64,000 nt of DNA from an uncultured Actinomycetes bacterium (GCA_963701125.1 OY969568.1:2071510-2135509), one strand, 5' to 3'. Counted from the first letter of the stretch, positions 47,222 through 59,202 are shown. Program-made: numbers and translations. The notes: generated from the sequence alone by a model not told the origin.

Positions 47222-49351
47222 ATGAGCGTGGAGGAAGAGGCTCGAGCGGCGGCGGAAGCGGGGCTATCGGAGGCGCAGATCGCCGTCCACTGGCGCGAGG
47301 AGGAGTACTACCCGCCGCCCCCGGCGTTCGTCGCCCAGGCCAACGCGGCCGACCCTGCCATCCGGGAGCGGTTCAGCGAGGAGCACTTCCCCGAGTGCTT
47401 CACGGAGTATGCCGACCTGCTCACCTGGGACAGGGGCTGGGACACGATCCTCGATACGAGCAGGCCCCCGTTCTGGAAGTGGTTCGTGGGCGGGAAGCTG
47501 AATGCGTGCGTGAACTGCGTCGACCGCCATCTCGAGGCAAGGGGAACGCAGAACGCGCTGATCTGGGTGCCCGAGCCGGAGGAGGACGAAGTCGTCGGCG
47601 TCACCTACCAGGAGCTGCACCGGCGCGTGAACGAGTTCGCCGCGCTCCTGCAGGACTTCTGCGGCGTGAAGGCGGGCGACCGGATCACCTTCCACCTGCC
47701 CATGCTGCCCGACCTGCCGGTGTCGATGCTCGCGTGTGCTCGCCTCGGCGTGATCCACTCGGAGGTGTTCGGCGGGTTCAGCGGCACCGCCTGCGGCCAG
47801 CGGATGGCCGACGCGCGCAGCACGATCCTCGTCACCATGGACGCCTACTACCGAAATGGCGAGCTGATCGACCACAAGGTGAAGGCCGACGCGGCGATCG
47901 AGGCGGCCCGCAAGGACGGCATCGAGGTCGAGAAGGTGCTGGTCTGGCGGCGCATTCCGGGCGAGTACCACTCCGCGAGCCCCATGGTCGAGGGCCGCGA
48001 CTTCTTCGTCGACGAGCTGCTCGAGGACTATCGGGGGCATGAGGTCGAGCCCGTCTCGATGCGGGCCGAGGACACGCTGTTCCTCATGTACACGAGCGGG
48101 ACGACCGGCCGCCCGAAGGGCGCACAGCATTCGACGGGCGGATACCTCGCCTACGTCGCCGGCACCGCGAAGTACTACCAGGACATCCATCCCGACGACA
48201 CGTACTGGTGCTTCGCCGACATCGGCTGGATCACCGGCCACTCCTACATCGTCTACGGGCCGCTGGCGCTCGGCACGACCAGCGTGATGTACGAGGGCGT
48301 CCCCACGTACCCGGACGCGGGCCGGCCGTGGCGGATCGCCGAGAAGCTCGGCGTGAACATCTTCCACACCGCGCCGACGACGGTGCGGATGCTGCGCAAG
48401 CTGGGCCCGGGCGAACCGGCGAAGTACGACTACCACTTCAAGACCATGACGACGGTCGGCGAGCCGATCGAGCCCGATGTCTGGCGCTGGTACTACAACA
48501 CGGTCGGCAAGGGCGAGGCGGCGATCACCGACACGTGGTGGCTGACCGAGACCGGCGGCTTCCTCGGCTCCACGCTGCCCGGGCTCGAGCAGATGAAACC
48601 GGGGAGCTGCGGCCCGACCGTGCTCGGCCTCTTCGGCGTGATCTACGACGAGAACGGCGAGGAGGTCCCGAAGGGCTCCGGCAAGGCGGGCAACATCTGC
48701 ATGCGAAACCCGTGGCCGGGCCGGATGCTGACCATCTGGGGACAGGACGAGCGGTTCGTCGACACCTACTACGCGAAGTACTGCCGCGACCGCGAGAGCA
48801 CCGACTGGCACGACTGGCCGTTCCTGTGCGGCGACGGCGCCGTTCAGGCCGAGGACGGCTACTACCGGATCCTCGGCCGGATCGACGACGTGATCAACGT
48901 CGCCGGCCACCGGCTGGGCACGAAGGAGCTCGAATCGGCCGCGATCCAGGTCGAGGAGGTGGCCGAGGCGGCGGCGGTCCCGGTGATCGACGACGTCCGC
49001 GGCCGGGCGGTCGAGATGTACGTCTCGCTGAAGCCCGGCTTCGACAGCACCGGCGTCGACCGGAAGGTGTCGCTGATGATCGAGCGCGACATCGGCAAGA
49101 TCGCCCGTCCGAAGAACGTCTGGATCGTCGCGGACATGCCCAAGACCCGGTCCGGCAAGATCATGCGCCGGGTGATCGCGAGCATCTCCAACTTCGCCGA
49201 CGTCGGCGACGTGACGACGCTCGCCAACCCCGAGATCGTCGAGGCGATCCGCCAGAAGGTGCAGAGCGAGAAGATGGCCCGTGGCGACGAGCCGCGCGAG
49301 CTCTCCGAGCAGGAGCGCGCCGAGATCGCCGCCTTCGGCCACGCCGAGTAG
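47222..49351 (+). CDS. acs: Acetyl-CoA synthetase (AMP-forming)
   Basis: YTSGTTGRPKG, DIGWITGHSY, GEPI, DTWW.TETG, GHRLGT.E, PKTRSGKIMRR. Confidence 0.95.
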   Translation: MSVEEEARAAAEAGLSEAQIAVHWREEEYYPPPPAFVAQANAADPAIRERFSEEHFPECFTEYADLLTWDRGWDTILDTSRPPFWKWFVGGKLNACVNCVDRHLEARGTQNALIWVPEPEEDEVVGVTYQELHRRVNEFAALLQDFCGVKAGDRITFHLPMLPDLPVSMLACARLGVIHSEVFGGFSGTACGQRMADARSTILVTMDAYYRNGELIDHKVKADAAIEAARKDGIEVEKVLVWRRIPGEYHSASPMVEGRDFFVDELLEDYRGHEVEPVSMRAEDTLFLMYTSGTTGRPKGAQHSTGGYLAYVAGTAKYYQDIHPDDTYWCFADIGWITGHSYIVYGPLALGTTSVMYEGVPTYPDAGRPWRIAEKLGVNIFHTAPTTVRMLRKLGPGEPAKYDYHFKTMTTVGEPIEPDVWRWYYNTVGKGEAAITDTWWLTETGGFLGSTLPGLEQMKPGSCGPTVLGLFGVIYDENGEEVPKGSGKAGNICMRNPWPGRMLTIWGQDERFVDTYYAKYCRDRESTDWHDWPFLCGDGAVQAEDGYYRILGRIDDVINVAGHRLGTKELESAAIQVEEVAEAAAVPVIDDVRGRAVEMYVSLKPGFDSTGVDRKVSLMIERDIGKIARPKNVWIVADMPKTRSGKIMRRVIASISNFADVGDVTTLANPEIVEAIRQKVQSEKMARGDEPRELSEQERAEIAAFGHAE

Positions 49352-49383
49352 GCGACGCCCGACCAGAGGATCGGCGAGGAAGC

Positions 49384-49411
49384 GGGGACTGTCCCCACGG
49401 GGACAGTCCCC
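49384..49411. repeat. REP-like inverted palindrome pair
   Basis: GGGGACTGTCCCC-AC-GGGGACAGTCCCC; each arm is itself near-palindromic. Confidence 0.75.
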
Positions 49412-49449
49412 ATCGCGCTCCACGCGGCGGCATCGCTAGGCTGCCCGCC

Positions 49450-50118
49450 GTGCCCTGCCGTGCCGTCATCTTCGACTTCAACGGCACGCTGTCGGACGAC
49501 GAGCCCATCCTGTACTCGATCTACGCCCGGCTCTTCGCCGAGCACGGCCGGCCGCTGGCCGAGGCCGAGTACTACGACCAGCTGGCAGGCCTGTCCGACC
49601 CCGAGATCGTGCACCGCTGGCTCGGCGTCCGCGACGACGCCGAGGGCGTCGTGCACCAGCGCGTACGCCGCTACCGCGAGGCGGTGGCCGACGGTTCGAC
49701 GGTGCATCCGCCGGTGCGCCGCGCGGTCGCCTATGCCGCAGCGCGTGTGCCGGTCGCCATCGTCTCGGGCGCGGCGGCGGCCGAGATCGCGCCGGTCGTT
49801 GCGGCGGCGGGCCTCACCCAGCTCTTCACGGCGGTCGTGACGGCCGACGACGTCACGCAGGGGAAGCCCCACCCGGAGGGCTATCTGCGCGCGCTGGGTC
49901 TGCTGGCCGAGCGGGCGCCGGGGCTGCTGCCGGCCGAGGTGACCGCGTTCGAGGACACCGAGGCGGGCGTCCTCTCGGCCAAGGCGGCGGGCCTGCGGTG
50001 CATCGCCGTGTCGCGCACGCTCGCTCCGGAGCGGCTCGCCGCCGCCGACGAGCTCATCCCGAGCGTGGACGAAGCCGTGATCAGGCGCGAGCTCGAGGGG
50101 TCACTCGAGCGCGAGTGA
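49450..50118 (+). CDS. HAD-family phosphatase
   Basis: IFDFNGT, IVSG, GKPHPEGY, FEDTEAG. Confidence 0.85.
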   Translation: MPCRAVIFDFNGTLSDDEPILYSIYARLFAEHGRPLAEAEYYDQLAGLSDPEIVHRWLGVRDDAEGVVHQRVRRYREAVADGSTVHPPVRRAVAYAAARVPVAIVSGAAAAEIAPVVAAAGLTQLFTAVVTADDVTQGKPHPEGYLRALGLLAERAPGLLPAEVTAFEDTEAGVLSAKAAGLRCIAVSRTLAPERLAAADELIPSVDEAVIRRELEGSLERE

Positions 50119-50892
50119 GATCTCGTGCGCGGCGCGCAGCGCCATGCGGCCGAGCGTCCCCAGCCGCCGCTCGGTGAGCCGCTGGCTCGGCCCCCACACG
50201 TTCAGGATCACCGCCGGCCGGGCGCGATGATCGAGGACGGCGGCCGAGACGCCGTTTGAGAACTCCTCGAACTCGCCGAGGCAGACGCCGTAGCCGTCGC
50301 GGCGCACGTCCGGAAGCGTCGCGAACAGACGGGCGCGGTCGGTCACCGTGTTCTCGGTGTAGCGCTCGAGCACCGAGGGGAGCACCGCATCACGCTCCTC
50401 GGAGGGCAGCCAGGCCAGGAAGACCTTTCCGGCCGAGGTCGCGTGCAGGGGCAGCTGGCGGCCGAGCCAGTTCGCTGTCGGGATCGTCGGCGGATCGACC
50501 TGGTCGACGTACACGAGCGTGAACGTCCGCGCGGCGGCCAGCATGACGCTCTCGCCGGCCTCGAGCGCGAGCCGCTGCAGGATCGGCCGCGCTCTGCGGG
50601 CGAGCCCGTCATAGCCCGCCGATGCGGCCACCTCGAGCGCGGTGTAGCCGATCGAGTAGCGCTGGGTGGCCTCGTCACGCTCGACGAGCGCGTGATGCTC
50701 GAGCGTCTGCAGGAGCCGCCAGGCGGTCGAGCGGTTGACCCCGCAGGCGCGGGCGAGCTCCCAGGCGGTGAGCGGCCGCTCGCTCGCCGAGATGGCGCGC
50801 AGGAGCATCACCGCACGGTCGACGGACTGCACGCGGTAGGCCTCCCGTCCCGCTCCCGGCGCGGCTGCACGGTCTGAATCGACTGCTCGCAT
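50101..50892 (-). CDS. IclR-family regulator
   Basis: VQSVDRA, NRSTAWRLL.TL, LHATSAGK, YTENT. Confidence 0.9.
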   Translation of the reverse strand: MRAVDSDRAAAPGAGREAYRVQSVDRAVMLLRAISASERPLTAWELARACGVNRSTAWRLLQTLEHHALVERDEATQRYSIGYTALEVAASAGYDGLARRARPILQRLALEAGESVMLAAARTFTLVYVDQVDPPTIPTANWLGRQLPLHATSAGKVFLAWLPSEERDAVLPSVLERYTENTVTDRARLFATLPDVRRDGYGVCLGEFEEFSNGVSAAVLDHRARPAVILNVWGPSQRLTERRLGTLGRMALRAAHEISLALE

Positions 50893-50978
50893 CGTGAACT
50901 CGTACACCCCTGGTCGGTCGGCCGCTGCCCTCAACTATATCGATGCCGATTGTCCTGTCGAGCCCGCCGCCGGAGCCC

Positions 50979-51052
50979 TTGACACGAGGTTTCGCCACGT
51001 TCTAGTATCGCCGCGCCGTTGCATCATGCGGACGATGGTTCGCATTGTGAAC
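50979..51052 (+). promoter_or_regulatory. Housekeeping-sigma promoter and candidate IclR operator
   Basis: TTGACA (50979)-18 nt-TAGTAT (51003); palindrome GTTCGCATTGTGAAC (51038-51052). Confidence 0.65.
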
Positions 51053-51161
51053 GGTGTTGAGCTCGCCGCCGCGCGGTTTGACACTCCGCGGGTGACGATG
51101 GATCATCGTGGCCGCGTCGTCGGCCCGACGCTCCGCGACTGTCCCAAAAAAGGAGACGACG

Positions 51162-52827
51162 ATGGTGGATCAGTCCAGCGACCGTCCCGAAGGACGCGAC
51201 GGGGGCCTTTCCCGGCGCGATCTCCTCGTAGGTGCGGGCACCGTCCTGCTCGCCGGCGGCCTTGCAGCATGCGGCGGCAGCGGTGGAGGCTCGTCATCCG
51301 CGGCGGGTGGAACGACGTCGGCGGGCACGCCCAAGCGCGGCGGGAACTTCCGCCTCGGCGTAACCGGCGGCGGCGCGAGCGACATCATCGACGGCCAGAC
51401 GATCATCACCAAGCCCGACCAGGCCCGGCTCGCGGCGAGCTGGGAGACGCTCGTCAACTACGACGACCAGTACAAGCTGACGGTCGGTGGGGCGAACGGC
51501 GGTCTGGCGCAGGAGCTGACCCAGGACAACCCCGACACAGTGGACGATCGTGCTGCGCAAGGGGATCGAGTTCAACAACGGCAAGACGCTCACGTCCGCC
51601 GACGTCAAGTACTCGCTGCAGCGCATCCTCGATGCCAAGGAGGGCCTGTTCGGCGGCCGCCGGCCTGGCCTCGATCGACGCGAACAACATCCAGATCATG
51701 GATCCGCAGACGGTGCGCCTGCACCTGACCGCGGGCGACTCGACGATCGGCGAGCAGCTCGGCCAGTACTACAACGGCATCGTCCCGGTCGGCTACAACC
51801 GCACCGGCCCGCTCAAGTGGGTCGGCACCGGCCCGTACATCACCAAGAGCTTCACGCCCGGCCAGCAGAGCGTCGCACACCCGCAACGCCGAACTACTGG
51901 CGCACCGGCGAGCCGTACTTCGACCAGGTCACGGTCATCGACTTCTCCGACCAGACCGCGCAGGTCAACGCGCTCCTATCGGGCCAGGTCGACGCGATCA
52001 CGGACATCCCGTTCGCGCAGATCGACGTGGCCAAGCAGAACGGCGGCCTGGCGGTCCTGGTCACAAACGGCGGCGGCTGGCTGCCGCTGTGCATGGCCAT
52101 CGACATGCCGCCCTTCACCGACAACCGCGTCCGCCAGGCGATGCGCCTGATCGTCGACCGCCCGGCCATGCTCGAGCAGGTGCTGTCGGGCTACGGGCGG
52201 GTCGCCAACGACCTGTACTCGCCGTTCGACGCCTGCTACGACACGTCGCTGCCGCAGCGCGAGCAGGACATCGACAAGGCCAAGTCGCTGCTCAAGGCGG
52301 CGGGCATGGACGGCGTCACGATCGATCTGCACACGACCAACGGCGCCGCCGGCATGGTCGACTCGGCCAACATCTTCGCCTCGCAGGCCAAGGCGGCCGG
52401 GCGTCACGATCAACGTCCACAACGATCCCAACTACTACGGCAACCAGTACCTGAAGCTGGCCTTCTCGGTCGACTTCTGGGGCACGCGCAACTACCTGCC
52501 GCAGGTGTCCAACAGCATGCTGCCGGCGGCGGCCCCGTACAAGGCGCCGTACAACGAGACGCACTGGCCGCCGAAGTCCGGCACCGGCTCGAACTACATC
52601 AGCCTCTACCAGCAGGCCCGTGCCGAGGTCGACCGTCCAAGCGCTGCGATCTCATCCACGAGATGCAGATGCGTGGAGTACAACTACGGCGGCTACATCA
52701 TCCCGTTCTTCAACAACCTGGTCGACGCCTACAGCAGCAAGGTGGCCGGGTGGATTCCGAGCACAGCAGGTCAACACTGAACCTCAACTCGTTCGGCCAT
52801 GGCTACCGCACAATCTGGTTCACCTAG
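51162..52827 (+). CDS. Family-5 ABC substrate-binding lipoprotein, Tat-exported; frameshifted
   Basis: SRRDLL, LAAC, LRKGIEF..GK.LTSADV, VGTGPY, DNRVRQAMRL across frames. Confidence 0.8.
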
Positions 52828-52844
52828 CGGCAAGCGCAAGGAGC

Positions 52845-53810
52845 TGGGCGGCCTCGGCGAGCTTCATCGTCCGCCGCCTGCTCCTTGGGCTGCTGGTGCT
52901 CGCGCTCGTCTCGGTGGTCGTCTTCGCGGCCACCCAGGCGCTGCCGGGCGACCCGGCCCGGGCGATCCTCGGCCGCACCGCCACGCCGGCGAGCCTGAAG
53001 GCGCTGCGCGACCAGCTGCACCTGAACCGCCCCGTGCTCACGCAGTACACGAGCTGGGTGACGGGGCTCCTGCACGGCGACCTGGGCACCTCGCTCGCGG
53101 CGCGCGAGCCCGTGTCGACCTACCTGCACGACCGTCTGATCAACTCGGCGTTCCTGGTCATCGTCGCGGGCATCATCTCGATCCCGCTCTCGATCGCGAT
53201 CGGCGCCTACGCCGCGCTGAAGCGGGACGGCATCTTCGACGTCACCTCCTCGATCGGGACGCTGCTCCTGGCCGCGCTGCCCGAGTTCGTCGTCGGGCGT
53301 CACGCTGGTCGTCCTGTTCGCGACGACCGTGTTCCCCCACGTCTTCCCGGCGGTCTCCTACCTGGCGCCGGGCGCGCGGCCGTGGAACCACCTGAAGGAG
53401 ATGGTGCTGCCGATCGCTGACGCTCGTGATCGCGGTGACGCCGTACGTGGCCCGCATCATGCGCGCGTCGATGATCGAGGTGCTCGAGTCCGAGTACGTC
53501 GAGATGGCGCGGCTCAAGGGCCTCCCCGAGCGGATCGTGATCATGCGCCACGCGCTGCCGAACGCGCTCGGGCCGACGTTCCAGGTGATCGCGATCAATC
53601 TCGCCTACCTGGCCGGCGGCGTGATCGTGGTCGAGTACGTCTTCAACTACGCCGGCATCGGCGGCGCGCTCCAGAACGCCGTCATCGAACCGCGACCTGC
53701 CCGTGGTCCAGGCGCTCGCGATGCTGATCGCGGCCGTCTACGTCGTGCTGAACCTGATCGCCGACATCGCCACCATCCTCGTCACCCCGCGGCTGCGGAC
53801 GCGGCTGTGA
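52845..53810 (+). CDS. DppB-like ABC permease; frameshifted, start uncertain
   Basis: IVRRL, LPGDPA..ILG, GDLGTS, MARLKGL..HALPNA. Confidence 0.8.
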
Positions 53811-54721
53811 GCGTCGCCGAGGTCGCAGGGTCACGCCCGAGCCCGCCTCCGTCTCGGTGCGCGCGCCCGCGGGCGCGCTGTTCCGTGTGCGCGATCCGCC
53901 TGTGGCGCACGCGGATCGGCCTCGCGCTCGTCGTCGTGCTCGTGCTCATCGCAGCGGTTCGGCCCGTTCTTCGCCCGTTTCAGCCCGACGGCGTTCGTCG
54001 GGCTGCCTCCGAACTCGCCTCCCGGCGGCAAGGCGCTCTTCGGCACCGACCACCTCGGCCAGGACGTGCTGGAGCCGGTTCCTCTGGGGCGGCCGCGAGA
54101 TCCTTGTCATGGCGGCGCTCGCGACCATCGTCGGCCTCGTCCTGGGCGGCGCCGTCGGCCTGACGGCCGCCTACGTCGCGAAACGTCCTCGACGACGTGC
54201 TGATGCGGGCGATGGACGTGATCCTGGCCTTCCCCCCGATCATGCTCGCGCTCGTCGCAATCGCGACCGTCGGGCCGAAGCCCTGGCTGATCGTGGTCGC
54301 CGTCGGGCCTGACGACGATGCCGCGCGTCGCCCGGGTGACCCGCGGCGCCGCGCAGCCGATCGTCGAGCGCGACTTCGTGCTCGGCGGCCGAGGCGCTCG
54401 GGCTGCCGCGCGCCCGCATCCTCCTGCGCGAGGTGCTGCCGAACATCCTCGCGCCGCTGATGGTCGAGGCCAGCCTACGGCTCACCTACGCCATCGGGCT
54501 GATCGCGGCGCTCGCCTTCCTCGGCTTCACGCCGAGCCCCAACGGCGCCGACTGGGGCACTGATGATCCAGGAGAACCAGCTCGCGCTCGGCACCAACCA
54601 GCCGTGGGGCGTCGTGCTGCCGATCATCGCGATCGCGCTGCTCACGATCGGCACGGGCCTGGTCGGCGACGGCTTCGCCCGCGCGGCGGCGGGCATCGAC
54701 CGCTCTCGGAGCGCCGAATGA
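53807..54721 (+). CDS. DppC-like ABC permease; frameshifted
   Basis: FGTDHLGQD, MDVILAFP, LPNI.APL.VE, FLG..P..ADWG. Confidence 0.8.
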
Positions 54722-56541
54722 GCGCCGCCCCCACGCCGACCCCCACTTCCATCCCCGCGCCCACGCTCGTCGTCGAGCGGCTGCGCGTCGAGGTGTCGGG
54801 GACGGGCAACGACATCGTCGACGACGTCTCGTTCACGATCGCGCCGGGCGAGGTGCTCGGGCTCGTCGGCGAGTCCGGCTCGGGCAAGACCACCGTCGGC
54901 GCTCGCCCTGCTCGGCCACACCCGCCGCGGCGCCGAGATCGCCGGCGGCGAGGTGCGGATCGGCGACTCCGACGTCCTCAAGCTCGACCGGGCGGCGCAG
55001 GCGGCGGCTGCGCGGGCGCGTGATCTCCTACGTCCCGCAGGATCCGGCCGCCGCGCTCAACCCCGCCCTGCGCATCGGCACCCAGCTGATGGAGGCGCTC
55101 GAGGTGCACGGCGTCGGCTCCGGCGGCGAGGAGCGGCGGGCACGCGTCGCCGAGATGATGCGCGAGGTCGCACTGCCCGACGACGCCCACTATCTGCGCC
55201 GCTATCCGCACGAGCTCTCCGGCGGCCAGCAGCAGCGCGTCGGCCTCGCCATGGCCTTCGCCTGCCGGCCGCGGGTGATCGTGCTCGACGAGCCGACCAC
55301 CGGCCTCGACGTGACGACGCAGGCCCACGTCCTCGGCACCGTCCGCGACCTGGCGGCGGCCCACAGCGTCGCTGCGCTCTACGTCAGCCACGACCTGGCG
55401 GTCGTCGGCTCGCTCGCGGCGCGCGTCGCCGTCATGTACGCCGGGCGCGTGGTCGAGCTCGCGCCCGCCGAGGAGCTGTTCCGGACGGCCGCGCATCCGT
55501 ACACGCGCCGGCTGGTGGCCGCGATGCCGCACCTGAAGGGCCGCCGTGAGCTCGTCGGCATCCCTGGACGTGCGCCGTCGCCCGGCCAGCGTCCCGCCGG
55601 CTGCGCGTTTGCGCTGCGCTGCACGATGGTCGAGGAGCGCTGCACCGTTGCGATGCCGGAGCTCCGCTCGATCGCCGCCGCCCACAGCGCCCGCTGCGTG
55701 CGTGCCGAAGAGGTGCGTGCGCAGGCCGAGATCATCAGCGGCTCGGTGGGCGAGATGGCCGAGCCCGGCCCGGCCGACGCGGTGCTCGAGCTCGTGGGCG
55801 TGAACGCCGGCTACCTCGGCGTGACCGTCGTGCACGACATCAACCTCAAGCTCGCCCCGCACGAGTGCCTCGCGCTCGTCGGCGAGTCGGGATCGGGCAA
55901 GACGACGCTCGCACGGTCGATCGTCGGCCTGCACCGTGAGCGCACCGGCGAGATCCTGCTGCGACGGGACGGCGCTCGCAGAGGCCGCGCGCGGGCGCCC
56001 GCGCGACGTGCGCCGGTCGATCCAGTACGTGTTCCAGAACCCGTACGGATCGCTCAACCCGCGCCGTACGATCGGCCAGATCGTGCGCCAGCCGCTCGAG
56101 CTCTTCGGCGTCGGCGACGGCCGCGACGTCGATCGCCGGGTGAGCGAGATGCTCGAGCGCGTGTCGCTCAACGCCGGCTACGCCCGTCAGTACCCGGATC
56201 AGCTCTCCGGCGGCGAGCGCCAGCGGGTCGCAATCGCCCGAGCGCTGGTCTGCGACCCGGACGTGCTGATCTGCGACGAGGTCACCTCCGCCCTGGACGT
56301 CAGCGTGCAGGCCGCCATCGTCGACCTGCTCGGCCAGCTGCAGCGCGATCTGGGCCTGGCGATGCTGTTCGTCACCCACAACCTGCCGCTGGTGCGCTCG
56401 ATCGCCCAGCGGGTGGCGGTGATGAGCCACGGGAGCATCGTCGAGCTGGGCGTCGTCGACCACGTCCTGAAGTCCCCGACCGACGAGTACACCCGCCGGC
56501 TCCTGGCCGACACGCCGTCGCTCGAGTCCACGCCGGCGTGA
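54718..56541 (+). CDS. Dual-domain DppD/F-like ABC ATPase; frameshifted
   Basis: Two GESGSGKT, YPHELSGGQQQR, YPDQLSGGERQR, HPYT and Cys-rich linker. Confidence 0.85.
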
Positions 56542-57652
56542 CCCTCGCGGTGCCCGGCCCCGGCGGCAGCGTCGCGCCCGGGTACGGGCGGGTGCGCGAC
56601 GCGTTTGCGCGGGCGGCCGGCGGCGGTGCGAGCGCCTTTGCGGCCGAGGTCGACGGCGAGCGTGTCTGCGATCTGTGGGCCGGAGACGGATTCGGCGGAG
56701 ATTCGGCGACGGTGCTCTACTCCGGCACCAAAGGCGTGGTCGCAACGGCGCTGCTCCTGCTGGTGGAGCGCGGCGAGCTCGACCTCGATGCCCCGGTGAG
56801 CAGCCTCTGGCCCGAGTTCGCGGCCCGGGGCAAGGGCGCGGTCACCGTCACCGACCTGCTGGCGCACGGCGCGGGGCTGCCGGCGGTCGAGCGGCCGCTC
56901 GAGCGCGCCGATCTCGGCCGCCCGCGCTTCCTGGCCGCCGAGCTGGCCGCTCAGGCGCCGCTGGTGCCGCCGGGCGCGCCGACCTACCACGCGGTCACCT
57001 GGGGCTGGCTCGCGGGCGAGCTGGTGCTGCGGGCGAGCGGCCTCACGGCGGGCGCGTACGTGCGCGAGCACCTGGCCGGGCCGCTGCGGCATCGACCTGC
57101 GGATCGGGCTTGCGCCCGGCGATCCGCTGGCGGCGGCGCCTGGTACGGCCGCGCGCCGCCCCGGCTACCGGCTGACGGCGTTCATGGCGGCGGAGCCGGA
57201 TCCGCGGCTGACGCTCGTCTACGGCAACCCGGCGCTTCGCGGTCGAGGACTGGGCCGATCCCGATCTGCGTGCCATCGAGGCGCCGGCCGTGAACGGCAT
57301 TGCGACGGCGCGGGCCATGGCGACGCTCTACGGCCGCGCTCGCCGGCGGCCTGCTCGCGCCCGCGACGGTCCGCCGCGGCTGCGCAGCCGGCGCGCGAAG
57401 GCGCCGATCCGCTCACCGGGCGGGCCCTGCGTTACGGGCCGACGGGCTACGAGCTCTTCGGAACGCCGAGCGCGCTCGGGCCGGCCGCCGACGCCTTCGG
57501 CCACACGGGCGCGGGCGGCGGATCGCACGGCGCGTGGCCCTCGCTTCGCACCGGATTCTCGTTCCTCACGGCCGATCTGCGGTCTCAGGACGCCGACAGC
57601 CGCGCCGCCGACGTGCTCGCGGCGCTTCACGACGGCGGTGACGGGCGCATGA
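56538..57652 (+). CDS. Beta-lactamase-fold serine hydrolase/esterase; frameshifted
   Basis: YSGTK (SxxK), WPEF..GK, LL.HGAGL, YHAVTWG, FGHTGAGG. Confidence 0.8.
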
Positions 57653-59202
57653 GCGCGCGCAGGCCGAACATCGTGCTGCTGATGGCCGACCAGCTCGCGG
57701 CCTCGTTCCTGCCCGGCCACGGCCATCCGGTGGTGCAGGCGCCGCACCTGACGGCGCTCGCGCGCGCGGGCATGGCGTTCGAGAGCGCCTACTGCGCCTC
57801 GCCGCTGTGCGCGCCCTCGCGCTCGGCGATGCTGGCGGGGCGGCGGGCGTCGGCGATCGGCGTCTTCGACAACGCCGCCGAGCTGCCCGCCGAGACGCCG
57901 ACGATCGCCCATCTGCTGCGTGCGAGCGGCTACCACACCGTCCTCGCGGGCAAGATGCACTTCGTCGGGCCCGATCAGCTGCACGGGTTCGAGGAGCGTC
58001 TGACCACCGACGTCTACCCGGCCGGATTCGACTGGACGCCGGATTGGCGCCTGACCGCCGGCGAGCGGCTCCCGTGGTACCACAACCTGTCCGGCATCCT
58101 CGACGCCGGCGTGCACGAGGCGGCCAACCAGACCGACTACGACGACGAGGTCTGCTTCCGCGCCGTCCAGCGCATCGGCGAGCTGCGCGCGGCGGACCGA
58201 TCGGCAGCCGTTCTTCCTCGTCGTCTCGTTCACGAACCCCGCACGACCCGTGGGAGGTGCGCGCCCGGCACTGGGACATGTACGCCGACGGCGCCATCGA
58301 TCCGCCGGTCGTGCCCGCGATCCCCCGCGGCGCAGGCCGATCCGCACAGCCTGCGCCTGCGCGACATGTGCGGCCTGGACGACGCGGCCGCTCTCGCAGG
58401 CCGAGATCCTGCGCGGCCGGCACGGCTACTACGCGGCGATCAGCTACATGGACGAGCGCGTCGGCGAGGTGCTCGACGCGCTCTCGCGCACCGGCCTGCG
58501 CGACGACACGGTGGTCGCGTTCACGGCGGATCACGGCGAGATGGGCGGTGAGCGCGGCCTCTGGTTCAAGATGTCGTTCTTCGAGGGCTCGGCGCGGGTG
58601 CCGCTGATCGTCGCCGGCCCCGGCGTCGCGGCGGGGCGGGTCTCCGAGCCCGTCTCGCACCTCGACCTCGCCCCGACGCTGGCCGAGATCGCGGGCGCGG
58701 GCGCCGTGGATGCCGAATTCGAGGGCCGAAGCCTCACCGCTGCGCTGCGCACCGGGGCGATCGCGCCCGCGACGGTGATCTCGGAGTATCTGGCCGAGGG
58801 CGTCACCGCCCCGGCCGTGATGCTCCGGCGCGGCGCGCACAAGTACATTCGCTGCCCCGGCGACCCCGATCAGCTGTTCGATCTGGCGGCCGATCCGCAG
58901 GAGATTGCGCAATCTGGCGGCCGATCCGGCCCATGCCGCTGCCTGCGCGGAGCTTCGTGCCGAGACCGACGCGCGCTGGGACCTCGACGGCCTGCGCGAG
59001 CGCGTCCTGCAGCAGCCAGGCGGCGCGGCGGCTCGTGAGCGCCGCGCTTGCGACCGGCGCGCACACGCCGTGGGATCACGAGCCGCGGTTCGACGCCTCG
59101 CGCCAGTACGTGCGCGGGCCGGCCGCCGGCCACCCCCGCCCCGGCGTGCCGCTCGTGCCCGGGACGCTCCCCGAAGGGCCGGAAACGGCCCCGCCAGGCT
59201 GA
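57649..59202 (+). CDS. betC: Choline-sulfatase; frameshifted
   Basis: PNIVLLMADQL, SPLCAPSR, GKMHFVGPDQLHGFEERLTTDVYP.FDWTPDW, WYHN, GERGLWFKMSF.EGS, SEYLAEG. Confidence 0.85.

Noticed and set aside
47264-49423. Long antisense ORFs here and at 20655-23150, 44835-47225, 3456-5369
   Set aside because: Shadows of well-supported genes on the other strand
56538-57652. Beta-lactam resistance gene
   Set aside because: No signal peptide, esterase-type motifs and catabolic context
55020-58551. Apparent ATPase-esterase and esterase-sulfatase fusions
   Set aside because: Produced by frameshifts; GTGA/ATGA junctions at 56538 and 57649 mark separate genes
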